Of a stretch of 64,000 bases of DNA, positions 38,353 through 47,835 are shown in pieces. The stretch covers positions 480,211-544,210 of the forward strand of contig JASNYD010000006.1 of assembly GCA_048500355.1 (NCBI GenBank), written 5' to 3'. Each line of letters begins with the position of its first letter. Position 1 is the stretch's first letter. Under the pieces are notes generated by a model that saw only the letters and a program-made list of their open reading frames with translations, had not been told where the DNA came from and made no database searches. The translations under genes and the position numbers were made by a program. Source of the DNA: Kofleriaceae bacterium. GTDB taxonomy: Bacteria > Myxococcota_A > Polyangia > Haliangiales > Haliangiaceae.

Positions 38353-39192
38353 ATGATCCTGGCCTGCACCGCCTGCTCGCTCCGCCACGATGTCTCCGGG
38401 TACGGCGCCGGCCAGCTCTTCCGCTGCCGCTGCGGCCAGGTGCTGGCCATCGACGCCGCGCCGGCGCAGGCCGGGCTCCTGGCCTGCCCGCGCTGCGGCG
38501 CCGGCGTGGCGCCGACCGACCGGGCGTGCGGGCACTGCCAGGCCCCGCTGCTCCTGCGGAGCTGCCCGCGCTGCCTGGGGCGCGCCTTCCACGAGCACAA
38601 GCACTGCCCGGCGTGCGGCACCGCGCTCGACGTCGCCGCGGTCGGCGAGGCCACCGCCGAGCGGCCGTGTCCACGCTGCCCCGCGCCCATGCACCCGCGC
38701 CGCGTCGGCGATCTCGTGATCGACGAGTGCCTGACCTGCCACGGCGTCTTCCTCGATCACGTCGCGGTCCAGCGGGTGGTGACCGATCGCCAGCAGGCCC
38801 GGGCCGAGGCGATCCTGGCCACGGTGCCGCGGGCCGAGGTCGCGCCCACCCACGCCGGCGGGCGGATGTACGTGAAGTGCCCGATGTGCGGCACGCTCAT
38901 GAACCGCAAGCAGTTCAGCGCCGGCTCGGGGGTGATCATCGACGTCTGCCGCGCCCACGGCGCCTTCTTCGATCCCGGCGAGCTGCCCCACGTCATCACG
39001 TTCGTCATGAGCGGGGGCCTCGAGCAGGCGCAGCGGAAGGAGCTCGAGCGCGAGCGCGCGGCCATCCGGCGCGAGCGCGACAACGCGCAGTTCGCGGCCA
39101 TGATGGCGGCGCGCTCGTCGACGCGCGCCCACGGCGAGACCCGCGACCGCTCGGGCGCGCTGGTCGATCTGCTGCTCGCGCTGTGGCGCTAG
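38353..39192 (+). CDS. Zinc-ribbon protein (TFIIB-type zf domains), about 279 aa
   Basis: ATG (MILACTACSL) 12 nt after the lipase/ACS stop. Repeated CxxC...CxxC units: CTACSLRH...CRCG, CPRCGAG...CGHCQ, CPRCLGRAFHEHKHCPACG, CPRCPAPMHPRRVGDLVIDECLTCHGVFLD, CPMCGTLMNRK...DVCRAHGAFFDPGEL (zf-TFIIB-like). This is the only credible part of the 1527-aa track ORF 34609..39192. Confidence 0.7.
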   Translation: MILACTACSLRHDVSGYGAGQLFRCRCGQVLAIDAAPAQAGLLACPRCGAGVAPTDRACGHCQAPLLLRSCPRCLGRAFHEHKHCPACGTALDVAAVGEATAERPCPRCPAPMHPRRVGDLVIDECLTCHGVFLDHVAVQRVVTDRQQARAEAILATVPRAEVAPTHAGGRMYVKCPMCGTLMNRKQFSAGSGVIIDVCRAHGAFFDPGELPHVITFVMSGGLEQAQRKELERERAAIRRERDNAQFAAMMAARSSTRAHGETRDRSGALVDLLLALWR

Positions 39193-39279
39193 CGAGGCCT
39201 TCGGTGCGCGCCGACGCGTGCGCGCCCGGCCGCGGCGCGAGAGGAAGGACGCGCGCGGCCATCTGTGTGGTGAGACGGG

Positions 39280-39352
39280 GTGAGGGCGGTAGGACTCGAA
39301 CCTACAACCAGCGGATTAAGAGTCCGATGCTCTACCATTGAGCTACGCCCCC
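39280..39352 (-). tRNA. tRNA-Lys (anticodon CTT)
   Basis: The minus-strand sequence GGGGGCGTAGCTCAATGGTAGAGCATCGGACTCTTAATCCGCTGGTTGTAGGTTCGAGTCCTACCGCCCTCACC folds as a cloverleaf (7-bp acceptor with one G-U, D arm GCTC/GAGC, anticodon loop CTCTTAA, T arm GTAGG/CCTAC). No CCA is encoded. Confidence 0.8.
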
Positions 39353-39381
39353 GGACTTCTAAGCTATCCTCTTGTTTTCAG

Positions 39382-39455
39382 TGAGCTCGGGGCGACTCGA
39401 ACGCCCGACCTACGGGTTCGAAGCCCGGCGCTCTATCCAACTGAGCTACGAGCCC
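39382..39455 (-). tRNA. tRNA-Arg (anticodon TCG as read; one mismatch at the top of the anticodon stem)
   Basis: The minus-strand sequence GGGCTCGTAGCTCAGTTGGATAGAGCGCCGGGCTTCGAACCCGTAGGTCGGGCGTTCGAGTCGCCCCGAGCTCA has a D arm GCTC/GAGC, anticodon stem CCGGG with loop CTTCGAA (T33, anticodon TCG, A37) and T arm GGGCG/CGCCC. It lies 29 nt upstream of tRNA-Lys on the same strand. Confidence 0.75.
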
Positions 39456-39475
39456 TCGCGACGAGGCCGGCCGGA

Positions 39476-39504
39476 TAGATAGAGAACCCGCCGCGCGGTG
39501 TCAA
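39476..39504 (-). promoter_or_regulatory. Near-consensus sigma-70 promoter for the tRNA-Arg/tRNA-Lys operon
   Basis: The minus strand reads TTGACA-ccgcgcggcgggttctc-TATCTA (17-nt spacer). The -10 element ends about 20 nt upstream of the tRNA-Arg 5' end. Confidence 0.55.
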
Positions 39505-39788
39505 GGGACCGGCCGCCGAAGTGCAGGCGCACGGCCTGCCGACCGGGGGATGGCCCCCGGATCGGGGGACGGCGCCTGTGGGTCAGCGCCCACACCGTGA
39601 GCATCACCCCACGTTTCGCTGGGGGGGAAGTCACCAGGAAGCGCCTGATTTTTCAGGGGTTCGAAGCAGAAAGGGGCTTCAAGAAGCGGCCTGACCGCTA
39701 TATCATGCTGCCGACATTGCCCGTGAGAGGCACCGCGGTCGCTCGGGAGGCGACCACGGTGTTCGACCAGACCGGGGAGGCCATCGCC

Positions 39789-42700
39789 GTGTTTAGCAAA
39801 GACTCGCGCATCAACATCCTGCTCACCCTCATGTTCCTCGCGCTCTCCGCGTGCGGCGGCTTCGGCTCCGGCTGCGGCTGCTCGCAGCAGCCCTTGCCCC
39901 CGGGAGGACTGCCCAGGGATCAGACGGTGGAAGGCGGCGGCCAGATCCGCGTCACCCGCGCCGGCTTCGAGAAGCTGACGTCGGTGGTCCCGGCGATCCT
40001 CAACGACTCGCTCGGCGGCGGCATGTGCATCGGCCGCACCAGCTTCCTCGGCGCCGACGTCTGCTACCAGACCACCGGCCCCAACGGGATGTGCGCCCCG
40101 GGCTGCTACGTCGCGATCAACGTCACCCAGACCCGGCTCACGGTCACCAACCAGAACACGCTCAACGTCTACGTCCGCGCCAACGTCAACACCGCGGTCC
40201 GCATCGACCCGCCGCTCTTCAGCGCCTGCACGATGACCGTCACCGCCAACAACCTGTCGGCGGACCTCGACATCGGCTTCGCCATCGACCCGGCCACCGG
40301 CGAGCTGCGCATCCGGCTCAACCGCATCAACGACTACAACATCTCCGGCGTCAACTTCTCCGGCTGCTCGGTGCTGAGCTGGATCGGCGACCTCGCCGTC
40401 AGCCTGCTCGACTCGTTCCTGGGCCGCTTCATCGTCGACCTGCTGACCCCGACCATCAACGACCTCATCCAGGGCTTCCTCCCGGACCCGCTCGGCATCG
40501 AGGGCATGGTGGACATCGGCCAGCTCATGGCCGGCGTCTCCCCCGGCACCGAGGGCTTCATGGAGGCGCGGATGGTGCCCGGCGGCTACGTGCAGCTCGG
40601 CGGCGGCGGCATGTCGCTCGGCCTCATCACCGGCCTCAACGCCGACCAGGATCCGTCGACCCGCACCCCGGCGCTCGACAGCGAGCCGGCGTACTGCGTC
40701 CCGCCGCTGCCCGCGCCCAACTTCGCGGCGCCGCCGGCCTCCTTGCCGGCCAGCTCGCGCGGCACGTTCACCCTCCTGCCCGCCGGCGCGTTCGTCGGCA
40801 ACCCCGAGCCCGCCGACGATCTGGCCATCGGCATCTCCGAGACCACCCTCGACCTCGCCGGCCACCACCTCGTGACCTCGGGCGGCATGTGCCTGGGCGT
40901 CGGCACCGGCCTCGTCGACCAGCTCCGGCTGGGGACGATCGGCCTGCTGGTGCCGTCGGTGGGCGAGCTCGGCGACGGCAGCGAGCCGCTGCTCCTGGTC
41001 ACCCGGCCGCAGCGCGCGATCGACTTCACGATCGGCGACGGCACCGAGGCGTCACCGGCGATCACGATCCACATCGACGACTTCGAGGTCGACTTCTACG
41101 GCTTCGTCTTCGAGCGCTACACCCGCGCCTTCACGATGTCGCTCGACCTCAACGTCGGCATCAACCTCGAGTTCATCCAGCAGCCGGGCATGCCGGCGCA
41201 GGTGCGGCCCATCCTGGTCGGCCTGACCTCGTCGAACATCGGCATCACCGTCCTCAACAACGAGTTCGTGCGCGAGACCCGCGACCAGCTCGAGGCCGTG
41301 CTGCCGACGGTGTTCGACCTCGCCCTGCCGCTCCTCGGCAGCGGCATCGGCCCCATCGACGTCCCCGACTTCGCCGGCTTCACCCTCAACAACCTGCGGG
41401 TGCAGAAGGTCACGACCAGCGAGGACGAGTTCATGGCCATCTACGCGTCGCTGGGCGCGTCCATGATGATGCGCGACCGGGTCGAGACCTACCCCTCGCT
41501 GCAGCCGGTGATCGACGCCCTCGACCGCGAGACCGCGGTCGCGGCCTGGCCCGACGTGGTCCTGCTCGACCTCGCCCTCGACCCCGGCACCGGCGCCACC
41601 GTGGGCGGCACCGGTGCCCGCGCTCGCCTGCGCGCGGTCGACGTGCCGGCGCCCGAGGACGTGCGCGCCGCGCTGCTCGCCAAGGACCCCACCGGGCTGC
41701 CCCACGTCACGATCGACGTCGACACCCACGACGCCCTCGGCCGCCAGCTCGAGTGGAGCTGGAACCTGAACGGCGGCCTGTTCCGGCCGTTCACCACCGC
41801 CGCGCCCCTGGTCATCGCCGACCGCGCCTTCGCCTGGCAGGGCAAGTACACGATCGGCCTGACCTCGCGCGTGGTCGGCGACTACCGCACGACCGCGCCC
41901 GAGACCGTCGAGGTCCCGGTCGTGATCGACTCGGCGCCGCCGAAGATCCACGCCGACCAGGCGCGCTGGCGCGGCACCCGGCTCCACGTGCCGGCCACCG
42001 ACGCCGTCTACGACGCCGACGAGCTGCAGTGGGCGTGGGGCCGGCCCGGCGACGACGAGCCGTCGACCGACTGGGCCAAGGACGCGTCGATCGACCGCGC
42101 CACCGCCGCCGACCTCTCGCTCGACGACGAGCTCCTGGTGTTCGTCCGCGATCCCAGCGGCAACGTCGGCCAGGCGCTGGCCAAGAGCGGCTTCCACGGC
42201 CAGCCCGGCGAGAGCGGCTGCAACTGCAGCGCGCCCGGCCAGGGTCCGAGCGCCGGCTCGCTGCTGCTCCTGGCCCTGGTCGGAGCGTGGCTGCTTTTTC
42301 GCCGTCGCGCCGCGACCGTCGCCCGGGTCGTCGCGCGCGCTAGCTCGGGTCGGGCCCTGTCGCAGCTCGCGCTCTTCGTCGGCGTGAGCGTGGCCGCCTC
42401 GCTGGTCCCCGGCTGCTCGTGCGGCAACAGCGCCGGCCAGGCCTGCGAGATCACCGAGGACTGCGCCAACTTCGAGTGTCCGTCGGGCCAGATCGCGATC
42501 TGCTTCGAGGGCGAGTGCTTCTGCACCGACGACGTGCCCTACGGCAAGATCGGCTCGTTCTCCGACGTCGCGGTGGCGCCCAACGAGGACGCCATCGTCA
42601 GCGCCTACGCCGCGTTCCACGGCGACCTGGTGGTGGCACGCTTCTCCGGCGCCGGCCGCATCCCCAACGAGGCCTGGGAGTGGGTCGACGGCGTCCCCGC

Positions 42701-43766
42701 CGGCCCGGTGGCCCTGCCCGACTCCGACGTCCGCGGCGGCATCCTCGAGCCCGGCGACGACGTCGGGCTCTACACCAGCGTCGCGATCGGCGCCGCCGAC
42801 GTCCCGATGGTCTCGTACCACGCCCGCGAGGACGCCTCGCTCAAGTTCGCCGCCAAGTACGGCGGGGCCTGGCACAACCACGTCGTCGACTCCGGCACCG
42901 GCGACGTCGACCCCGAGATCGGCGGCGAGGCGGCCGGCATGTTCACCTCGATCAGCCTGGGCAGCGACGGCCGCCCCGGCATCGCCTACATGGCCACGCA
43001 GTCGCAGGGCGGCGGCATCGTCACCGCCGAGGTCCGCTTCGCCCAGGCCACCACCGCCCAGCCCATGAGCTCGGCCGACTGGACCGTCACCGTGCTCGAC
43101 ATGATGACGCTGCCCCCGGCCGATCCCAACGCCGTCGACATCTACCCGCTGCCGGGCGGGGTCGGCCTGTTCGTCGAGTCGACCCGCGACCTCGACGGCC
43201 ACCCGGTCGTCGTCTACTACGATCGCCAGAACGGCGACCTCAAGATGGTGCGCGGCAACGCCACCGGCTTCGCCGCCCCCGTGGTGCTGGCCGGGCAGAC
43301 CACCGACGACGGCTGGTACCCCTCGGTGTCGGTGGACGCCGCCGGCGTCCCCCACGTCGCCTTCCAGGGCGCCGACCACGACGACGTCTTCTACCTGAAC
43401 ACCGGGACCATGACCCGCGAGATGGTCGACGACGGCTACCGCATCGTCGGCACCACCCCCGACGGCCTGCCCAAGCCCGAGTACCACTTCGTCGGCTCCG
43501 ACACCCAGATCGTCATGACCCCGGCGACGCCGTACGTCATCTACCAGGACTCGACCACCCACGAACTGCTGGCGGCGTCCAAGAACGGCGACACCTGGCG
43601 GCCCGAGCCCATCGCCGGCGCCGAGGCCACCTTCGTCGGCGCCTACGGCTTCTTCGCGTCGGCGGCGCTCGGCACCTCCCAGATCACGGTCTCGACCTGG
43701 GTCCTCCACCAGGCGCTCAACGACAACTGGGTCGAGGTCTTCCGCCTGCCGATCGGCCCGCAGTAG
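39789..43766 (+). CDS. Large lipoprotein ORF that appears to be two surface proteins in one frame: an N-terminal lipoprotein ending in a MYXO-CTERM-like motif, joined without a stop to a second lipoprotein with its own lipobox
   Basis: The track ORF 39498..43766 is 1422 aa. I put the start at the GTG giving (M)FSKDSRINILLTLMFLALSACGG (lipobox; alternative ATG 39705). At about 42220-42310 the protein reads ...GESGCNCSAPGQGPSAGSLLLLALVGAWLLFRRR (MYXO-CTERM-like). With no stop it continues AATVARVVARASSGRALSQLALFVGVSVAASLVPGCSCGNSAG, a second signal peptide and lipobox. The second half has Cys-rich and propeller-like repeats. A low-GC leader and promoter-like region lies at 39560-39790. Confidence 0.55.
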   Translation: MFSKDSRINILLTLMFLALSACGGFGSGCGCSQQPLPPGGLPRDQTVEGGGQIRVTRAGFEKLTSVVPAILNDSLGGGMCIGRTSFLGADVCYQTTGPNGMCAPGCYVAINVTQTRLTVTNQNTLNVYVRANVNTAVRIDPPLFSACTMTVTANNLSADLDIGFAIDPATGELRIRLNRINDYNISGVNFSGCSVLSWIGDLAVSLLDSFLGRFIVDLLTPTINDLIQGFLPDPLGIEGMVDIGQLMAGVSPGTEGFMEARMVPGGYVQLGGGGMSLGLITGLNADQDPSTRTPALDSEPAYCVPPLPAPNFAAPPASLPASSRGTFTLLPAGAFVGNPEPADDLAIGISETTLDLAGHHLVTSGGMCLGVGTGLVDQLRLGTIGLLVPSVGELGDGSEPLLLVTRPQRAIDFTIGDGTEASPAITIHIDDFEVDFYGFVFERYTRAFTMSLDLNVGINLEFIQQPGMPAQVRPILVGLTSSNIGITVLNNEFVRETRDQLEAVLPTVFDLALPLLGSGIGPIDVPDFAGFTLNNLRVQKVTTSEDEFMAIYASLGASMMMRDRVETYPSLQPVIDALDRETAVAAWPDVVLLDLALDPGTGATVGGTGARARLRAVDVPAPEDVRAALLAKDPTGLPHVTIDVDTHDALGRQLEWSWNLNGGLFRPFTTAAPLVIADRAFAWQGKYTIGLTSRVVGDYRTTAPETVEVPVVIDSAPPKIHADQARWRGTRLHVPATDAVYDADELQWAWGRPGDDEPSTDWAKDASIDRATAADLSLDDELLVFVRDPSGNVGQALAKSGFHGQPGESGCNCSAPGQGPSAGSLLLLALVGAWLLFRRRAATVARVVARASSGRALSQLALFVGVSVAASLVPGCSCGNSAGQACEITEDCANFECPSGQIAICFEGECFCTDDVPYGKIGSFSDVAVAPNEDAIVSAYAAFHGDLVVARFSGAGRIPNEAWEWVDGVPAGPVALPDSDVRGGILEPGDDVGLYTSVAIGAADVPMVSYHAREDASLKFAAKYGGAWHNHVVDSGTGDVDPEIGGEAAGMFTSISLGSDGRPGIAYMATQSQGGGIVTAEVRFAQATTAQPMSSADWTVTVLDMMTLPPADPNAVDIYPLPGGVGLFVESTRDLDGHPVVVYYDRQNGDLKMVRGNATGFAAPVVLAGQTTDDGWYPSVSVDAAGVPHVAFQGADHDDVFYLNTGTMTREMVDDGYRIVGTTPDGLPKPEYHFVGSDTQIVMTPATPYVIYQDSTTHELLAASKNGDTWRPEPIAGAEATFVGAYGFFASAALGTSQITVSTWVLHQALNDNWVEVFRLPIGPQ

Positions 43767-43814
43767 CCGGAGGAACGTGAACCGGCGGCGAGTCGGGAGT
43801 ATGCTGTCGGGAGC

Positions 43815-44501
<687 letters not shown>

Positions 44502-44552
44502 CGCCGGCCCGCGGCGGCGCGACGCCGAGGGGCGGGCTGGCTGGCGGGCTGG

Positions 44553-45242
44553 CTAGGGCAGGCGCAGCTCGGCGCCGACGGTGACCGTCAGGCCGAGCTG
44601 ACCGCTGCCGCCGACCGCGCGGCCCAGCCAGGCGCGGCCGGCCTGGGCGCTGGCGCCGGCGCGCAGCGCGACGTCGCCGCGGACGGCGCGGGCGACCCCA
44701 GCCCCGGCCTCGAGGCCGAGCCCGATCCCGGTCACGTCGTCGGCGGCGAAGCGCAGCACCCGGCCGAAGGCGCCGCCGTGGACGAAGGGCACGAACCCGC
44801 GCTGGCCGCGGAGGTCGCGGCGCAGGCCGACGATCAGATCTCCGGAGAAGCCGGAGGCCACGCCGTGATCGCAGCTCATGGCGTCGGGCGGCGTGCGGCC
44901 GCAGCCGGCGGTGGGCGCGCCGAACGTGAAGCCGACGCCGGCGTCGAACCAGACCTGGTCGTCCATGCGGTAGAGGTAGCGGCCGCCGACCCGCATGCCC
45001 CCGGGCGTGGCGCCGCCGCCGCCGACCAGCCCGAGCTCGGCGGCGAGGCCGACCTCGGCGGGCGCCCGGGCGGCGCGCTCGACCCGGGGCGGGTCGTCGG
45101 TCAGGCTCTCGGTCGGGTCAGGGGGCCGGCCGACCTCGGCGGCCGCCGCCACCGGCAGCCCCACCATCGCGGCCAGCCCGCCGGCGAGGGCGAGCCGCCT
45201 GCGCCGCGCCGGCGCGGCCCCGGAGACGTTCTTCCGCAGCAT
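44553..45242 (-). CDS. Secreted hypothetical Gly-rich protein (possible small beta-barrel OMP)
   Basis: Signal peptide RRRRLALAGGLAAMVGLPVAAAAEV. Alternating Gly/aromatic beta-strand-like pattern ending ...LGLTVTVGAELRLP. No domain recognised, so a spurious ORF cannot be excluded. Confidence 0.4.
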   Translation of the reverse strand: MLRKNVSGAAPARRRRLALAGGLAAMVGLPVAAAAEVGRPPDPTESLTDDPPRVERAARAPAEVGLAAELGLVGGGGATPGGMRVGGRYLYRMDDQVWFDAGVGFTFGAPTAGCGRTPPDAMSCDHGVASGFSGDLIVGLRRDLRGQRGFVPFVHGGAFGRVLRFAADDVTGIGLGLEAGAGVARAVRGDVALRAGASAQAGRAWLGRAVGGSGQLGLTVTVGAELRLP

Positions 45243-45290
45243 GTCGCGAGGCTAGGCCGGTGAGCGCACGTCGGCCAGTTTTCGGCTACT

Positions 45291-46145
45291 GTGCGCGCCA
45301 TGTTGCGATCCGCATCGTCGTCGCTGGCCCTGCTCGCGCTGATCGTGGGCGCCGCCGGCTGCCCCAAGCCGCGCACCTCCGCGGCGACCCAGCCCACGCC
45401 GGTCGCGTTCGACCCGGCCCAGTCCGACCCCAAGGCCGTCGAGGTCGTCGACGCGGCGGTCGCCGCGCTGGGAGGCGCCGAGCGCTGGGAGGCGCTCAAG
45501 GAGCTGACGTTCGGCGTCATCTACAAGGATGGCGCGGCCGTGAAGGCCGAGTTCAGCCACTCCTGGGACCGCTGGAACGGGCGTCACTACTGGGTCGCGG
45601 TCGACATGACGACGACCGGCGGCAAGGCCGAGGACGTGAAGCGGATGCAGGTCAAGCACGACCTGTTCGACGCCGACGCCACGCCGTGGGTCGCCTACGA
45701 CGGCCAGCCCCTGTCGCGGGCGCAGGGCGCCGAGCAGGCCAAGCGGGCCAAGGAGTCGCTGATGCAGGACCTGTACTTCCTGACCATCATCTACAAGCTC
45801 AAGGATCCGGGCGTGCGCCTGGCCATCGACAACGCCGAGGTCACGGTCGAGGGCTCCGAGACCTGCCGGCCGTCGTGCACGTCGATCCGGGTCACGTTCG
45901 ACCCGGCGGTCGGCAAGGACACCTGGTACGTCAACTACAACAACGAGACCAAGCTGCCGCAGGTCATCGAGCGCAAGATGGGCGCGGGGCGGATCGGGTA
46001 CGAGCTGCAGGGCTGGAGCGAGGCCGGCGGGCTCAAGTGGCCGCAGCGGCTGCAGAACCTCGGCCTGCGCACCGAGGTCGTCGAGTACCGCGGCGTCGCC
46101 GTGGGCTCGCCCGACGACGCCACGTACATGCCCACCATCCGCTGA
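45291..46145 (+). CDS. Hypothetical lipoprotein
   Basis: MRAMLRSASSSLALLALIVGAAGCPKP (lipobox). Lys/Asn/Tyr-containing composition unlike GC-driven antisense ORFs. No known domain. Confidence 0.65.
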   Translation: MRAMLRSASSSLALLALIVGAAGCPKPRTSAATQPTPVAFDPAQSDPKAVEVVDAAVAALGGAERWEALKELTFGVIYKDGAAVKAEFSHSWDRWNGRHYWVAVDMTTTGGKAEDVKRMQVKHDLFDADATPWVAYDGQPLSRAQGAEQAKRAKESLMQDLYFLTIIYKLKDPGVRLAIDNAEVTVEGSETCRPSCTSIRVTFDPAVGKDTWYVNYNNETKLPQVIERKMGAGRIGYELQGWSEAGGLKWPQRLQNLGLRTEVVEYRGVAVGSPDDATYMPTIR

Positions 46146-46158
46146 GGCAGGAGCCGTC

Positions 46159-47109
46159 ATGCCGCCCAAGCCCCTGGTCTACAACGCCACCCTCGTCGAG
46201 CGCGTCGATCTCACCGACGCCCTCACCCTGTTCCGCGTCCTGCCCGACGACCGCCCGGCGACCGGGTGGTTCACGCCCGGCCAGTACTGCGTGCTGGGGA
46301 TGAACAACGAGGCGCGGCCCGAGCTGGGCTCGGTGCGCCGCTCGATGTCGATCGCGTCGGCCCCCGAGGCGCCGGGACCGATCGAGTTCTACATCCGCTA
46401 CGTGTCCAAGCCGGAGTCGGACAACCCGCTGACCCACCTCCTGTGGAAGCTGCGGGACGGCGACCGCCTGTACATGCGCCCGGTCGCCGCCGGCGTGTTC
46501 ACGATCAAGGACACCGTCGGCGACGACGATCCACGGCTGCGGGTGATGGTGGCGGCCGGCACCGGCTCGGCGCCGTTCGTGTGCATGGTGCGCAGCGAGC
46601 TGCTCCGCAACCCCCAGGCCGATCTGTCGCGCTACGTGCTCCTGCACGGCGCCTCGTACCCGTCGGACCTCGGGCACCGCGACGAGCTGCAGGGGATGGT
46701 CGAGCGCAACGGCCTGCGCTACTGGGGCACGGTGAGCCGGCCCCAGGCCGGCGACGGCTGGACCGGCGACACCGGGCGGGTCGAGGGCTTCTTCGCCGGC
46801 GATCGCCTGGCCGACCTCGAGCGCCGGCTGGGCCTGGCCCCCGGCGAGTTCCTGCCCACCAGGGCCGTGATCCTCATCTGCGGCCTGCAGGGCACGATCG
46901 GCACCACGATCACCAACCTGTGCCAGCGCGGCTTCGTGCCCGACCACAAGCGCATGCGCGAGGCGCTGGGCGTGCCGGCCGAGGCGCCGGCCACGCTGTT
47001 CTACGAGCAGTACGACACCGAGCCGGTGATCGACATCAAGGACCCGGCGGTGGTCGATCCGCTCAAGGCCCAGCTCGCGGCCGGGCTCGCCCGCCTGTCG
47101 GGCTCGTGA
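46159..47109 (+). CDS. Ferredoxin--NADP+ reductase (FNR/Fpr family, FAD/NAD(P)-binding oxidoreductase)
   Basis: RSMSIAS (RxYS-like FAD-binding motif), MVAAGTGSAPFVCM (NADP-binding G-T-G-x-A-P), two-domain FNR layout, C-terminal ...FYEQYDTEP. Confidence 0.85.
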   Translation: MPPKPLVYNATLVERVDLTDALTLFRVLPDDRPATGWFTPGQYCVLGMNNEARPELGSVRRSMSIASAPEAPGPIEFYIRYVSKPESDNPLTHLLWKLRDGDRLYMRPVAAGVFTIKDTVGDDDPRLRVMVAAGTGSAPFVCMVRSELLRNPQADLSRYVLLHGASYPSDLGHRDELQGMVERNGLRYWGTVSRPQAGDGWTGDTGRVEGFFAGDRLADLERRLGLAPGEFLPTRAVILICGLQGTIGTTITNLCQRGFVPDHKRMREALGVPAEAPATLFYEQYDTEPVIDIKDPAVVDPLKAQLAAGLARLSGS

Positions 47110-47828
47110 CCGCCCCGGTCGCGTTCGTCGCCGGGGCCACCGGCTTCGTCGGCCGCGCCGTGGTGCCGGCGCTGGTGGCGCGCGGCGCGCGGGTCGTGGC
47201 CCACGTCCGCCCCGACTCGCCGCAGCTCGCGGCGTGGCGCGAGCGGTTCGGCGCGCTGGGCGCCGAGGTCGACGCCACGCCGTGGGCGGCCGCGGCCCTG
47301 ACCGCCACGCTCGCCGCGCTGGCGCCGACCCACGTCTTCGGCCTGATCGGCACCACCCGCAAGCGGGCGCGCGCCGACGGCGTGGCCGGCGACATCTACG
47401 AGACCGTGGATCTGGGGCTGACCCGGCTCCTGGTCGAGGCCGCGGCCGCCGCCGGCTCGCGGCCGCGCGTGGTCTACCTGTCCAGCGTCGGCGCGTCGGC
47501 GACGGCGCGCTCGCCGTACCTGCGCGCGCGCGCCCGCGCCGAGGATGCGGTGCGGGCCAGCGGCCTGCCGTGGGTGATCGCGCGGCCGTCGCTCATCGTC
47601 GAGGGCGAGGGCGACGGTCGCGACGACGCGCGCCCCGGCGAGAGGGTCGCGGGCGTGGTCGCCGACGGCCTGCTCGCGGTCGCCGGCGCCCTCGGCGCCC
47701 GCCGCCTGCGCGCCCGCTACCGCTCGACGACGCCCGCGGTGCTGGCCGCGGCCCTGGTCGACCTCGCCCTCGACCAGCCGGCCGGCACCATCGCCAGCGG
47801 CGACGACCTGCGCCCGCGGCGCGGCTGA
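47106..47828 (+). CDS. NAD(P)H-binding atypical SDR (NmrA/epimerase-like) protein
   Basis: GTG start overlapping the FNR stop (cGTGAcc). VAFVAGATGFVGRAVVPALVARGARV is a Rossmann GxxGxxG motif. About 240 aa. Confidence 0.7.
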   Translation: MTAPVAFVAGATGFVGRAVVPALVARGARVVAHVRPDSPQLAAWRERFGALGAEVDATPWAAAALTATLAALAPTHVFGLIGTTRKRARADGVAGDIYETVDLGLTRLLVEAAAAAGSRPRVVYLSSVGASATARSPYLRARARAEDAVRASGLPWVIARPSLIVEGEGDGRDDARPGERVAGVVADGLLAVAGALGARRLRARYRSTTPAVLAAALVDLALDQPAGTIASGDDLRPRRG

Positions 47829-47835
47829 CCGATCC

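Noticed and set aside
33666-43766. ORFs 34609..39192(+) N-terminal 1240 aa, 35006..38110(-), 38245..39132(-), 39501..40868(-), 39851..42343(+) and 41052..44474(-)
   Set aside because: Off-frame or antisense to the VWA, lipase/ACS, zinc-ribbon and large lipoprotein genes. Only the last 279 codons of 34609..39192 (from ATG 38353) are kept.
45252-46947. ORFs 45252..46169(-), 45260..46303(+) and 46033..46947(-)
   Set aside because: Overlap the lipoprotein and FNR genes in other frames. The kept frames have non-GC-biased composition (K/N/Y/I) and recognisable FNR motifs.
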